From a virus, in the IMG/VR virus record IMGVR_UViG_3300013102_000002, positions 96,001 to 160,000 of that record: a DNA stretch of 64,000 bases. One strand, written 5' to 3'. How positions within the stretch are numbered: the first letter of the stretch is position 1; every line of letters starts with the position of its first letter. The notes beneath the pieces were generated by a model. That model made no database searches. It saw nothing but the letters and a program-made list of their open reading frames with translations, and was not told the DNA's origin. Shown one piece after another: positions 41,747-52,842 of the stretch. The translations under genes and the position numbers were made by a program.

Positions 41747-42346
41747 TTGGCTGAACGATTGTTGAAATGTCCTATCTGTGAGCAATATGGTCATAAAGAT
41801 AAGATGACCAGAGAGACAGATAAAAAGTATTATCACAATGAATACTGTCACGATAGATATTTACGCGACAAAGCATTCAAACAGAAGGAAAGGGAAGAAA
41901 TGGATAGTCTTATTAATACAATAGTGAGGCTCCATAAACTTCAAAGCGTAGCTACATTTCCACGAACATTCTATCCATTCATCCAGGAACTACGCAATGA
42001 CTCTGTGTTGTTCGGTAAGATCGAACGAAGATACAAAGAAGGTCTTACATATAAGACGATTGAGGATACATATCTGTACTGTGCTGAAAAGATAGAATGG
42101 GCAAAAGGCAACAAGGAATTCAAGAACGTAATGAGTGAGTTGAAATATTGTTTCGCTATTGTTAAGAATAATATCGAGAATTATTTCAGGGATGGTAAGA
42201 AAATATCTAAGCAAAAAGCAGAGACTGAAATATTGACTAGTCATGTTGAATCAATGAGAGATGTGAACAAAGTTATTATCGCAGCTCAAAATAAAGCAGT
42301 CCAAAATAATGAAGATAAAATAGATATAACATCGTTGTTCGACTAA
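41747..42346 (+). CDS. Zn-binding replication accessory protein (SPbeta YorH-like)
   Basis: CPIC...YYH..C; directly upstream of helicase. Confidence 0.65.
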   Translation: MAERLLKCPICEQYGHKDKMTRETDKKYYHNEYCHDRYLRDKAFKQKEREEMDSLINTIVRLHKLQSVATFPRTFYPFIQELRNDSVLFGKIERRYKEGLTYKTIEDTYLYCAEKIEWAKGNKEFKNVMSELKYCFAIVKNNIENYFRDGKKISKQKAETEILTSHVESMRDVNKVIIAAQNKAVQNNEDKIDITSLFD

Positions 42347-42372
42347 AGGAAGGTGATATTATTTCTGAGGAA

Positions 42373-43893
42373 TTGTCTAAGATTGAAGATTTGGGATCAG
42401 AGATGTTTATCATTGGAAGCATGTATCTCAACCCAGACCTGTTTTTGGATTATGGAGAACTAATTAAGTCCAAGTATGATTTCAATCAACCATCAAATAA
42501 GTTTTTGTACGACTCCATAATGGATTTGTATAGTCAACACGCAGGAACAGAAATTAATCAAATTAAAATAAATACATATATGAATTCAGATCCAGAGAGA
42601 AAAGCAAAATACGAATATTTAAAGGGGTATTCAATCATTGACCGCCTAACAAGAGTGGTTGATTTGGATGATTTCCCTCTATATTATGAAAAACTTAAGA
42701 AGTATTCACTGCTTCGTGAGTTTGAAAGAAAAGGGTTCCCCGTACAAAAGTTAATGGGTAGAAAAGACTTTGACAAAATCGGGACAGAAGAGATTATCAA
42801 AGGTATGGAGTACCAAATTAATACGATTGGAACTGTAATTGGTGGTGTTCAAGACAGCATTATTCTTGGTCACAATATGCCGGAGAAGATTGATGAGTGG
42901 AAACTAACTCCTGATGTTGGTATTCCCATTCCATTCCAAATCATCAATTCACTTCTTCGTGGACTAAGAGGTAAAAAGTTTAATCTATTCGGGATGCATA
43001 GTGGATGTGGGAAAAGTCGTACCACTAGCAAACTTGCTTGTTACCTTGGAATTAAGTTGGGTATTCCGGTGTTGGTACTTGTGAATGAACAGGACGAGGC
43101 GGAATGGTTGGGAATGCAGATTAGTTGCGTTCTGAATAATCCTGAGTTTGGATTCGATGTTCAGATGAAACGCCGAGGAATTGACCTGATTGACGAAACA
43201 AAGATTGTTACCGGAACACTCAATGAGCAAGAAGAGGAGATTGTTAAAGAGGCAGCGCAATACATAAAGAAAAATAGTAAGATTTATTTTCTTGAATTGA
43301 ATAAATATGATGAAAACACTTTAAAAAGACAGATTAAACGACATAAACTTAGAAATTGTCAATTGATTATATATGACACAATGAAAGCACCAGATCATGA
43401 CTGGATGACATTTGTTAAAACTGCCGACATGCTTAAGGAAGTCGCAAGCACAGAAGATATTCCAGTTTGGTCTACATTCCAATTAACGGACGATAGTTTG
43501 TTCAATGACATGCTAACTAGTCAGGCCATTGCTAACGGCAAACACATTAAACACGTTGCCGATGCACTTATGATGGCAAAACCAATTTCTCGTGACCAAT
43601 ATGATAAATTTGTTATTTACAATCCAAATGACCCCTTTGTTGGAGAATCCACCACTCAACTTGAAATGCATATAAATTATTATATGGTAGTAATTGACAA
43701 AAATAGAGGAGGTAAAGACAAAGATATTCTCTGTTTTGAAGTTGATAAAGGCAAAAACTTGTGGATTGAACGAGGATATTTAGTTCCATCTCAAGGAGAG
43801 AAGGAATTGAAAGCACTCAAGAAAGAAAACAAGAAACTCAAAACAGAGCAAGAAGTGGTTAAGTTGAGAAAGGCTTTAAACAAAGAAGAATAA
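42373..43893 (+). CDS. dnaB: DnaB-like replicative helicase (YorI-like; possible ATT start at 42361)
   Basis: GMHSGCGKSR Walker A, NEQ, IIYD, FQL, DKNRGG. Confidence 0.9.
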   Translation: MSKIEDLGSEMFIIGSMYLNPDLFLDYGELIKSKYDFNQPSNKFLYDSIMDLYSQHAGTEINQIKINTYMNSDPERKAKYEYLKGYSIIDRLTRVVDLDDFPLYYEKLKKYSLLREFERKGFPVQKLMGRKDFDKIGTEEIIKGMEYQINTIGTVIGGVQDSIILGHNMPEKIDEWKLTPDVGIPIPFQIINSLLRGLRGKKFNLFGMHSGCGKSRTTSKLACYLGIKLGIPVLVLVNEQDEAEWLGMQISCVLNNPEFGFDVQMKRRGIDLIDETKIVTGTLNEQEEEIVKEAAQYIKKNSKIYFLELNKYDENTLKRQIKRHKLRNCQLIIYDTMKAPDHDWMTFVKTADMLKEVASTEDIPVWSTFQLTDDSLFNDMLTSQAIANGKHIKHVADALMMAKPISRDQYDKFVIYNPNDPFVGESTTQLEMHINYYMVVIDKNRGGKDKDILCFEVDKGKNLWIERGYLVPSQGEKELKALKKENKKLKTEQEVVKLRKALNKEE

Positions 43894-43911
43894 TCCAAGA
43901 GGTGATATAAA

Positions 43912-44949
43912 ATTGATGCTCAAACTTTAAAAGAAAACATAATAAGAGACAATAAAGTTGCTGATATTTTAACATCTCTTGGATGTCACATTAATGAACG
44001 AATGTCAGATCATACAGAGATACGTTCTACGAGACCGGGGGGAGACAATCCCTCCAGTCTTCAAGTTTTTACCGATTCATTATTAGTGAACTGTTACACA
44101 GAAACAATCCCAAAGTTGTCAAATGGGCATCCAGATATAATTACACTCGTACAACATTATAAAGAAATGTCATTTTCAAAAGCGCTGTACTATATTTGTG
44201 AGGTATGCGGCTACAGTTATTACTCTGACTACAAACCTGTAAAAGAAGAAGTTGATCCGTGCCTTGCATTTTTAGATTTAATTGAACCTAAATCAGAACA
44301 TCACGATGAAGTACCATTGAGAAAAATAGATGAACAAGTATTAAACATGTATCTTCCAATACCCAATCAATGGTTCCTGGATGAAGGAATAAGCGTAGAT
44401 GTTCAGAGACTTTTCGAAGTTGGATATTCAATAAATGATAATTGTATAACTATTCCGATTAGAGACGAACTTGGGTCATTGGTTGGAGTAAAGGGAAGAA
44501 CAACACTGGATCATAAAGCGCTAAAAACATCGAAGTATTGGTATCTCATTCCTACCCCCAAGAGCCAGATTCTATATGGATTAGATAAGACCTACGATCA
44601 TATCAAGGATTCTGGTAGGGTAATCGTGTTTGAGGCTGAGAAGAGTGTACAGAAGGCGTGGAGTTGTGGAATCAAGAATTCTGTGAGCATTGGCGGTCAT
44701 GAACTAAGCGAGACTCAAATATTGAAACTGGAACGCATGGGAGTTGAGGTTGTTCTTGCATTTGACAACAACATAACCAGCCAAGAAATTAAGGAAGAGG
44801 CTGCTAAATTTGTTGTCAGAGATAGCGTAAGATGTCTGTTTGCTCACAAGAACAAGGGAATTATGGGAGAGAAGGATGCGCCGATTGATCTGGGGGCAGA
44901 GTTTTTCATGAAATTGATGAACGAGGATAAATATAAGATACCAGTTTAA
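43912..44949 (+). CDS. dnaG: DnaG-like TOPRIM primase (YorJ-like) with probable ATT start
   Basis: IPIRD..G.LVGVKGR, LYGL, VFEAEKS, LAFDN; GAGGTG 7 nt before in-frame ATT at 43912. Confidence 0.88.
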   Translation: MDAQTLKENIIRDNKVADILTSLGCHINERMSDHTEIRSTRPGGDNPSSLQVFTDSLLVNCYTETIPKLSNGHPDIITLVQHYKEMSFSKALYYICEVCGYSYYSDYKPVKEEVDPCLAFLDLIEPKSEHHDEVPLRKIDEQVLNMYLPIPNQWFLDEGISVDVQRLFEVGYSINDNCITIPIRDELGSLVGVKGRTTLDHKALKTSKYWYLIPTPKSQILYGLDKTYDHIKDSGRVIVFEAEKSVQKAWSCGIKNSVSIGGHELSETQILKLERMGVEVVLAFDNNITSQEIKEEAAKFVVRDSVRCLFAHKNKGIMGEKDAPIDLGAEFFMKLMNEDKYKIPV

Positions 44950-45780
44950 ATCAAATATAGGTTTTATCAAAAGAAAGAGGTGAGGATAATATTTAATCAG
45001 TTTAAAGTTAAGGTACAAGATGCAATTGATGAATTAACCGCTCAGATTAATTTTATTGAGGCCGCAACTAAGTCTCCAGTTCTGCTATTTACAACGTCTG
45101 ACAAAGTACTCAAGAACGATAGAGCGTCACTATTCATTACTCTAGGTTATGATAATGGTAAGTTTCGTGGGTATATGGCTAATTTAATGAGTTCATATTT
45201 TTCAAATAACTGTCCATATAATTTAACCATCAGACCACGCTCAAAATCACAAACATCAATTTTTGCAATTTATCATGAAGATATTGAGATTGCACAGTTT
45301 AATATTTTTGAACAATGGTATGGGATCAGAGACAAACCGAGTTTAGAAGATGATATTTTAAAAGAACATCAAAGGCTTGAAAATGAAAAAAATAAAGAGA
45401 TTAGTTTAGTGAATGAGCGCATTCAAAAATGGGAGGGAATTTTAACCCATCCATATAAATACGTGTACAATTTTTACCTCAAAAATAAAAAACTTAGAGC
45501 TAAATCTATTTTTCAATTTATTGATGATTCGATACACCTCTTGTTCAATAAGAACTTGATAGACAAGATTAAAAACAGATTGAAACAAGAGAAAGATAAG
45601 TTGAAGGAAATCAACGATAGGTATGCTAGGCACTCATTTGATCCAGAAGAACTTATTGCATCAAACAAGGAAAAAGAAGCGTATATAAAATTCTGCGTGG
45701 ACTTCTTTGAACTACACCAATATTCATTACAACAAAAACAACATAAACTATATTAAAAAAGGAGGCATAAGCCTCCCATA

Positions 45781-45942
45781 TTAGTACTCTAGGATTGTAA
45801 ACTCACCCAGTATTCTTGCGTTCTGGGCTGCTATTTGAGTATCAAAAGTTTCCACTGAAAAGTGGAGATCGCTACTACGACAAATCTTCCATTCGTTATT
45901 TTCCTTACTTACATCTTCAACAAAGTACTCAAAGGGTTGCAT
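45781..45942 (-). CDS. 53-aa reverse-strand protein
   Basis: GGAGGTG RBS on minus strand; MQPFEYFVEDVSKENNEWKICRSSDLHFSVETFDTQIAAQNARILGEFTILEY; hairpin GGAGGC..GCCTCC at the convergent end. Confidence 0.7.
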   Translation of the reverse strand: MQPFEYFVEDVSKENNEWKICRSSDLHFSVETFDTQIAAQNARILGEFTILEY

Positions 45943-46557
45943 AAAATTTTCACCTCCTAGTTGTATGACTTTACTATAAATTATAGTTTAAAAAGTAAAT
46001 AGTTATACCTGTGCTAGAACCGCGCAGTTGCTGCGTGAGTTTAATTTAAGGAGACGATTAAACTAATGAATCTTTACGAAATTCAATTTGAACATTTTTC
46101 ACAAAAAGACAGTCAAAGAGGAATTTTAGTCTATCTTGCTGCTAAGTCAGATGAACATGTTTATGAATGGTTGAAGTCTAATCCAGACCTGGGAAATAAT
46201 AATTATATTTTTACAACTTATCAAGACAATGAACGAGATGGGGAAATTTTTGATATTTATGCTGATGACTGGTCGATTATTGGAACAGAATCATTCAAGG
46301 AACGAATCATTAGATTGTCTGGAGAAATAAACGATGATGAAGTTGAACTTACTGATCTTTATTATGGTAAAACTCTTTATGGGTGGAAATTGGTCAAAGA
46401 AGATGTCAAGCCAGATGTTTTTGCAATCGTTGAGGAATGCGGCATTAATCTGATTAATGGACTGGATATCGAAATTAAAAACCCTTGATAAATAAGGGTT
46501 TTTTGCACATCATTTCATCATAAAATAAAGATTTTACACAATCTTCAGCCGGGAATA

Positions 46558-46616
46558 TTTAATAAATAAATATATATACAAAAACCATTGACATTCATTT
46601 AATAAATAAATATAAT
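46558..46616 (+). promoter_or_regulatory. Consensus SigA promoter with two TTTAATAAATAAATAT motifs
   Basis: TTGACA-17-TATAAT (46588-46616); motifs at 46558 and 46598. Confidence 0.85.
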
Positions 46617-47032
46617 AAGACTATGACATGAGAGAGGGATGATTATCTTGTCTATTACTGAAATCAAAGCATCTGATTTAAAGCTTACCGAAGACGAAAA
46701 TGCAGCAAGGTACATTGAAATATGGAGCAATAAATGGGGGAGTAAATTAACAATTGGAGGACTGTATGAGATAAAGAGATCATACGGAAGCCCTCAAATA
46801 TATGGCGATGAAGGGGAAATGTATATTATAGATGATGAAGGCAAAGACGCTTACGGATTTCAAATGTTGTGTGATGTTAACTACTATGAATAATACATAA
46901 ATATATATAGATAAATTACACCAGTGATCGGACTAGAAAGTGTGGATTGTTATGTTGGTAATAAAGCGGAGTTGCATTGTGATGATGTGACTCCAAATGA
47001 AAATATAAAATACATATGAAGGGAAGTAAGAA

Positions 47033-47698
47033 ATGAAAAAGAACAATAAGGCGTTAACGAACGAATCGGCCTATAGAGGATTCAAGGTAAGAGGTATTGC
47101 AAACAAGAACGAACTTATAACAGCAATGAGAGCCATGATACCAAATGCATTAAAAGTTAATGACATCGTATTTGTTTGCATCGGAACAGACAGATCTACA
47201 GGAGACTCATTGGGGCCATTGGTTGGAAGCTACTTAAAAGACATGGGATACGCAAATGTATATGGAACAATTGATAATCCAGTACACGCAGTTAATCTTG
47301 AAGAAACAATGAAAAGTATACCGAAGAATAAGATTGTTATTGCAGTAGATGCCTCTCTTGGAGGGTCTGTGGATGTTGGAAATATATCGTTGATCAAAGG
47401 AAGTCTCAAGCCTGGAGCTGGTGTTGGGAAAGATTTGATAGAAGTAGGAGATTTCTCTCTATGTGGGGTTGTAAATGTAGGTGGATTTATGGAACATTTT
47501 GTTTTGCAAAATACGAGGCTATCCTTGGTTATCAAGTTGGCGAAAGATATTGTTTCAGGTATAACCAATACATTTCCACTTAAAGAAGAGAGTAAGCGAA
47601 AGAGTAACGAGAAATTTGTAAGTAGGGCAGATGATATTAGAACGATTACCAAGCTAAAGAAAAAAGGATTAAATGTTGCATATCTTCAAAATACATAA
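47033..47698 (+). CDS. yyaC: Spore protease YyaC family
   Basis: CIGTDRSTGDSLGPLVG, PVHAVNL, DASLG, PGAGVGK.L, LQNTRL. Confidence 0.93.
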   Translation: MKKNNKALTNESAYRGFKVRGIANKNELITAMRAMIPNALKVNDIVFVCIGTDRSTGDSLGPLVGSYLKDMGYANVYGTIDNPVHAVNLEETMKSIPKNKIVIAVDASLGGSVDVGNISLIKGSLKPGAGVGKDLIEVGDFSLCGVVNVGGFMEHFVLQNTRLSLVIKLAKDIVSGITNTFPLKEESKRKSNEKFVSRADDIRTITKLKKKGLNVAYLQNT

Positions 47699-48645
47699 TA
47701 CATATGATTAGATGAGAGATGGATTTCGTAAAGAATGGAGACTATAAATGTCACTAAAAATTGAAAATGAAACGGTTTATGTGATTTATATAAACGGCAT
47801 TCCATATGAGGGAGATGGAAGAAAACTTGTATATACTTCTGTGGGTGCTGCAAACGGAGTAATTACAAAAGAAGCGAAACGTGAGGCTGAGCACAGATAT
47901 ACAACAACAAGAAATTATCTGACGGACATAGACTGGTACGAACTAGGTTGGAATTCAAGAGAATATTTGATTGATAGAGTTAAAGACGAATTTACTATTG
48001 TTGAATATGGACCAAAGGAGAATAAAAATGCAAATACTAATGGGCAGTAATCGTAGAGTTGACTTTTACGGAAACGCTAAAGACGGTGTGCATGTTGAAA
48101 TGGTCAACGACAAGGGTGAAACGTTTGTGTCGAGAAGATTAAGTGAAGAGCAACGATTGAATCTAATTGAGACCCTGACGCGAATGGATAATGGCAAGGC
48201 AGTTTAAAACTGTGGTTAAAATTGGAGATGATACAATGAAAACTTACACTTCTGAAGAAATCATTCAAAAACTCAAAGATCAAATATCTTCAACAAACCT
48301 TTATGACCGTGACAGCTTCAATGAAGGATATCGCGAAGCACTAAGAGACATGATTCAAGTGTTTAAATCGATATAAAATTTGTGTTTTATAAGAAAAGGA
48401 GATGTGAAAAATGGGTGAAGCTAATCGAAGAAAATTACTTAATGATTATCCAGAGATAAACGAGAAGCAAAAGCAAAAGAAGATGTCTAAAAGAGATATC
48501 ATAAACGAGATAAGCACTAGTAACCCTATGCTTACTGTAGCAGGATTGGTTGGAGGATTTGGCGGCCATATTTGAGAATTGATGATATAAGAGTTTTATA
48601 GTGAACAGTAGTCAAATTATACGAAATAAGAAGAGGAGATAAAAA

Positions 48646-49038
48646 ATGAAAAAAATAAAAGTATTATTGGCAGTATTGATGACGGTGATTGCATTGACTG
48701 GTTGCACAACAGAAGCAGACAAGGTTAGCCAAAATCTGTCGTTAGAAGCAGATAATTTTAATGTTGTTCGTCAATTAACCGTAATTAACTGCATACAGGG
48801 AGATACGTTATTTCAAATGACAGGAAAAATGTCAATAAAAGCAGATAGCACTGATAATCAACTTGAAATTGTTGTTGAAGATGAAAATGGGAATTACCAA
48901 AAACACTTCATAGGCTTAAGCGACAATGTGTCGTATGTTGTGGAGCAGAAGGGATATAAAAATGTAAGCAAATTTAAATATACATTGAACTATAATCCAA
49001 AAATGTGGATTCCTGTTGATGTCAAAACAATCGAATAA
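48646..49038 (+). CDS. Conserved phage lipoprotein
   Basis: LTGC lipobox; EADNFNVVRQLTVIN...KHFIGLSDNVSYVVEQ. Confidence 0.8.
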   Translation: MKKIKVLLAVLMTVIALTGCTTEADKVSQNLSLEADNFNVVRQLTVINCIQGDTLFQMTGKMSIKADSTDNQLEIVVEDENGNYQKHFIGLSDNVSYVVEQKGYKNVSKFKYTLNYNPKMWIPVDVKTIE

Positions 49039-51194
49039 TCGCAAAATAATAGATTTATCAAAATTTAGGAGGAATATAAGTGGAAAATAAATATTTGAAA
49101 ATTAACTTTTCTTGGGGAAACACAATTGAAAGTGCTGTTCATCAACTACTTGAATACAAAAAGAATGGTGTTTTAGCCTGCGGTGAATTTAATGGAGCAA
49201 CGCTGTATTCAGATACGGTTACTATGGACGGAGCATATAAAGAAATTATTGGAAAGACGAAAGCAGAATTCGATGAATCGCAGCGAAAATGGAGAGAGGA
49301 ATCAGAAAAGAGAGAAGTGGAATTCAAAAACAGTATTCCATCTCTTACTGAAGAATGGAAAGCGAAAGGCAGAAAAGTATTAGATCAAGACAAATGGGAT
49401 TATTGGGATGAAATTGTACCAATTAGGCTTGGAGATTTGTATCATGGAATGGAATTGGGATGCTGCTTGAATATTGTGAAGATTCTAAATGAAAATGGCA
49501 GTCTCGAAGACGCAAAGAAAGAAATTGAAAACCAAGGACATTCAGGAATGTCATTTGGTTTAGTAAGAACAATGGTTAAAGAGTTTTGTGCTAGGGGCGA
49601 AGAGTTTTCAAAGTATTTGGCTTATTAGAATATTTGATAAATACATACTTTTATAAAGAAATGAGGGGGATAATAATGTACATTATTATCACAATGCTTA
49701 TCGTATGGGCTTTGGCAATGCTGTTTTTGCCAAGGTGGTTGACCCACATTGAAATGACAAAAGAAGATGTAAAAGAATATGGGTGGGCAACTTATAAACA
49801 ATTTAAAGAAAACTTCAACAAATACGAATGGACTCCATTACGACTTTATCCAGACAGTTGCTCTAATGACAAAGAAGAATGTTATTTTCACGCAAGTATT
49901 ATTAAAATGGGTGGCAAAGGAATGTTGATTAGAGACCCTATCAGTTTGATGTTGGTGAAAAGATATGTAAAAAATGTGTTGTACAAGAAACCAGAAAAGC
50001 CAATTAAATCGGTTGATTTGTGGAAGGAGGCCAATAATGAGCCAAGAAGAAAGCAATTTTACTTTTAGAACAAAGCTATTTCCAATGGATGTATCGTTAC
50101 TCTTCTCAATTTTTCAGAATCCCAACACAGTATTTACAGATGATCAAATTGAGAGCTGGAATAAGCAAGCGAACCAGATTCGTGATATTCTGGACGATCT
50201 GATTGATGAAGCAAATATAATTATGGAGAGCTAATACATATGAAACCACTTTACATGAGTAGACATTTTAAATATTACCACAAGAACAGATTTCATATTG
50301 AAGGCGTATCACGCAAAACTAAAAAGCATCTTCAGAAAGCAATCAAAAAAGGCTACTTGCCAACTGTAACAGAGCAACGCTGGTTTCAATTGCCTGAATG
50401 CAAATGGTGTAATGGTGGAGGGTATTATCGAGAGCACGAATATGACACTGGTTATACTTGCCCTGATTGTGTTGGCACTGGCAAAGATGGATGGTTTGCG
50501 AAAGATGGGAAAATGTATGACAGAGAAACAAGATTAGAAGTTAAAGAATTCTAAGGAGGTTTAATTATGATTTGGTTTGTGGTTGTTGGAGGACTTTTCA
50601 ATATCATATCTGCACTTGTGATGAATACAAAAGATGTGCCAAGCGCTGTATTCTTTAAAGTGATTCCTTTCATCTTGGGGTTGGGTTGCATTCTTTACTC
50701 AGTGTCTTATTTTAACATTCTATAAAACTTATCTTTTATCAAAACAAGGAGGTGTACTATATTGGAAGAAATCGATTATGATAAGCTGCTGAATGATTGG
50801 GCAGATGGGATATTTAAACTTTTAGATGAGGCCAACAATAAAAAAGATGCCGAAGACTTTGGAACTCCTGAGTATTATCGCAACTTTGGTAGAGTTCAAG
50901 CGTTCTCAGAGTCTCTTTCTCAATTGAGTTTTCTAGAGAAAAGACGTAAGGGTAATTATATTAAAAATCAAGGAGGTGATATTAATGAGACGCATTGAAC
51001 TTTTATTGTCTGACCTGAATATCGAGTATAAGCACCCAGATGGTCAGTGGAAGAGTTTTGGTGAGGTTTGGACTGAACTTGCTGTGGCATGGGGTAAATA
51101 TGATCAGAGTGAACAACAGGAGATTATTTATGCTTTGGAAGATACTCTGAATCAAGACAATAAATAAAAATATTTGGGGGAGTGGTATTTATAA

Positions 51195-52842
51195 ATGAAA
51201 TGGAAACAAAAAACACCTGTCATTCCATTTGAATCATATGACAATACGTATTCTAAACTTGCGAAACTTAACGGAATCACAAACATTGATCAATTCCTGA
51301 ATCCACTGTCTAATGTAATTTGTGATTCTTATCTGCTTAAAAATATTGATGCATTAGCAAGTCGAATCATTCTTGCAATTCGGAATCGTGAGCCTATTAC
51401 GATTACTGGCGACCCTGATTAGTTAGGATTATGACGGCGTAACTTCGTTGGTGACAATGTATAAGTATCTACTTAATTTCACTGACGAAGTATATTATGT
51501 GTGCAATGAACGATCCGAAGGTCATTCGATTAATAACTTAGTCGAAACGATTCCAGGATCAACAAAAGTTCTGATTGCAGTAGACAGTTCATCAAACGAT
51601 GTTGAGACCATGCGACTACTATCATCAAGAGGAATTGACTGCTTAATCATTGACCATCATACAGTTACAGTAGATAACCCATATGCAATTTTAGTAAACC
51701 CGCAGCAAGCCAATGACCAATATCCAAACAAAAATGCTTGCGGCGGTTTACTCGTCTTCAAGGTTTGCCAAGTAATTGATGATTACATGAATACATATTA
51801 TTCAAACAAGCTCGATGATCTTCCTGGATTTTCTCTAATGGCTGATATGATGTCAATGTTGGAATTAGAGAACAGATATTACGCAAAACAGTCACTGAAG
51901 AATTTACATCACGCAGGACTCAAAGCATTGTTTCAAGCAATGAATTATGATCTAACAAACCTATCTGCGACAGACTTTCTATACGGGGTAAGCCCTGCTG
52001 TAACAGCTGCTACACGAGCAGATAATATCCAGTTAGCAATTGACTTTCTGATGTGTATAGATGACTCAGGCGACATCAAGGGGCTTGCTAAAGAGTTGGT
52101 TAAGGCCAATGAGAAGCGTAAAGAAGTTCAGGCTGAGGCACTCAACGCATTGAAACCGTTTGTGGATGAGCGAGATAAAGTAGTAATTGTCTTCGATCCG
52201 ACACTTGGGAAAGGGATGAATGGCCTCGTAGCGCAAGAATTGTCACGGACATTCAATAAACCAGCAATTGTTCTTGGAGAAGGTGACGACAAAGATACCT
52301 ACGCAGGAAGTTATCGTGGATTAGAGGACTTTTCAATGCTTGAATTACTTAATGGTTGCGAGAGTGTAATTTACACAGGAGGACATCCGTCTGCTGGAGG
52401 GGTGCAACTACCCAAGACCAACTTAGAATTGCTTAGACAAGAACTAAATAAAAAATTGTCTAATTTTGAAGCCGACGATTCGTTGTACTATGATCTAGAA
52501 TTCAACTTGTCAGATGTCAATGAGAATCTAGTTAATTATCTGAATGAGTTTTACCGGATTACAGGCAACAAATTCAAGCAAGGCAAATTTCTCATCAAGG
52601 GATTATTCGTCTCAGATAAGAAGCTCATGGGTAAATCTGCTAATACAGTTAAGGTTGATTGCGATAAGATTCAATTGATGAAGTTTAAAACTGATGAGCA
52701 ATACTTTAACTCAGTCCCGGTATTCTCTGAAATTGAAGCCATCGGCTCACTCAACATCAACGTTTGGAAAGTTTATAAGCCCAAGTTTAAAGTCACTAAA
52801 ACACTGCAATTATTCATTGATGATTACCGGGAAAATATTTAA
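51195..52842 (+). CDS. recJ: RecJ/DHH ssDNA exonuclease (YorK-like), split by a 10-nt gap at 51420-51429
   Basis: GDPD|YDGVTS motif I across the gap, AVDS, IIDHH, LVNP, GGHPSAGG; joined product 545 aa. Confidence 0.9.

Larger units (their letters stand above)
44980..51167 (+). other. Array of accessory ORFs between primase and RecJ
   Basis: Co-oriented ORFs with RBSs and palindrome boundaries. Confidence 0.7.
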
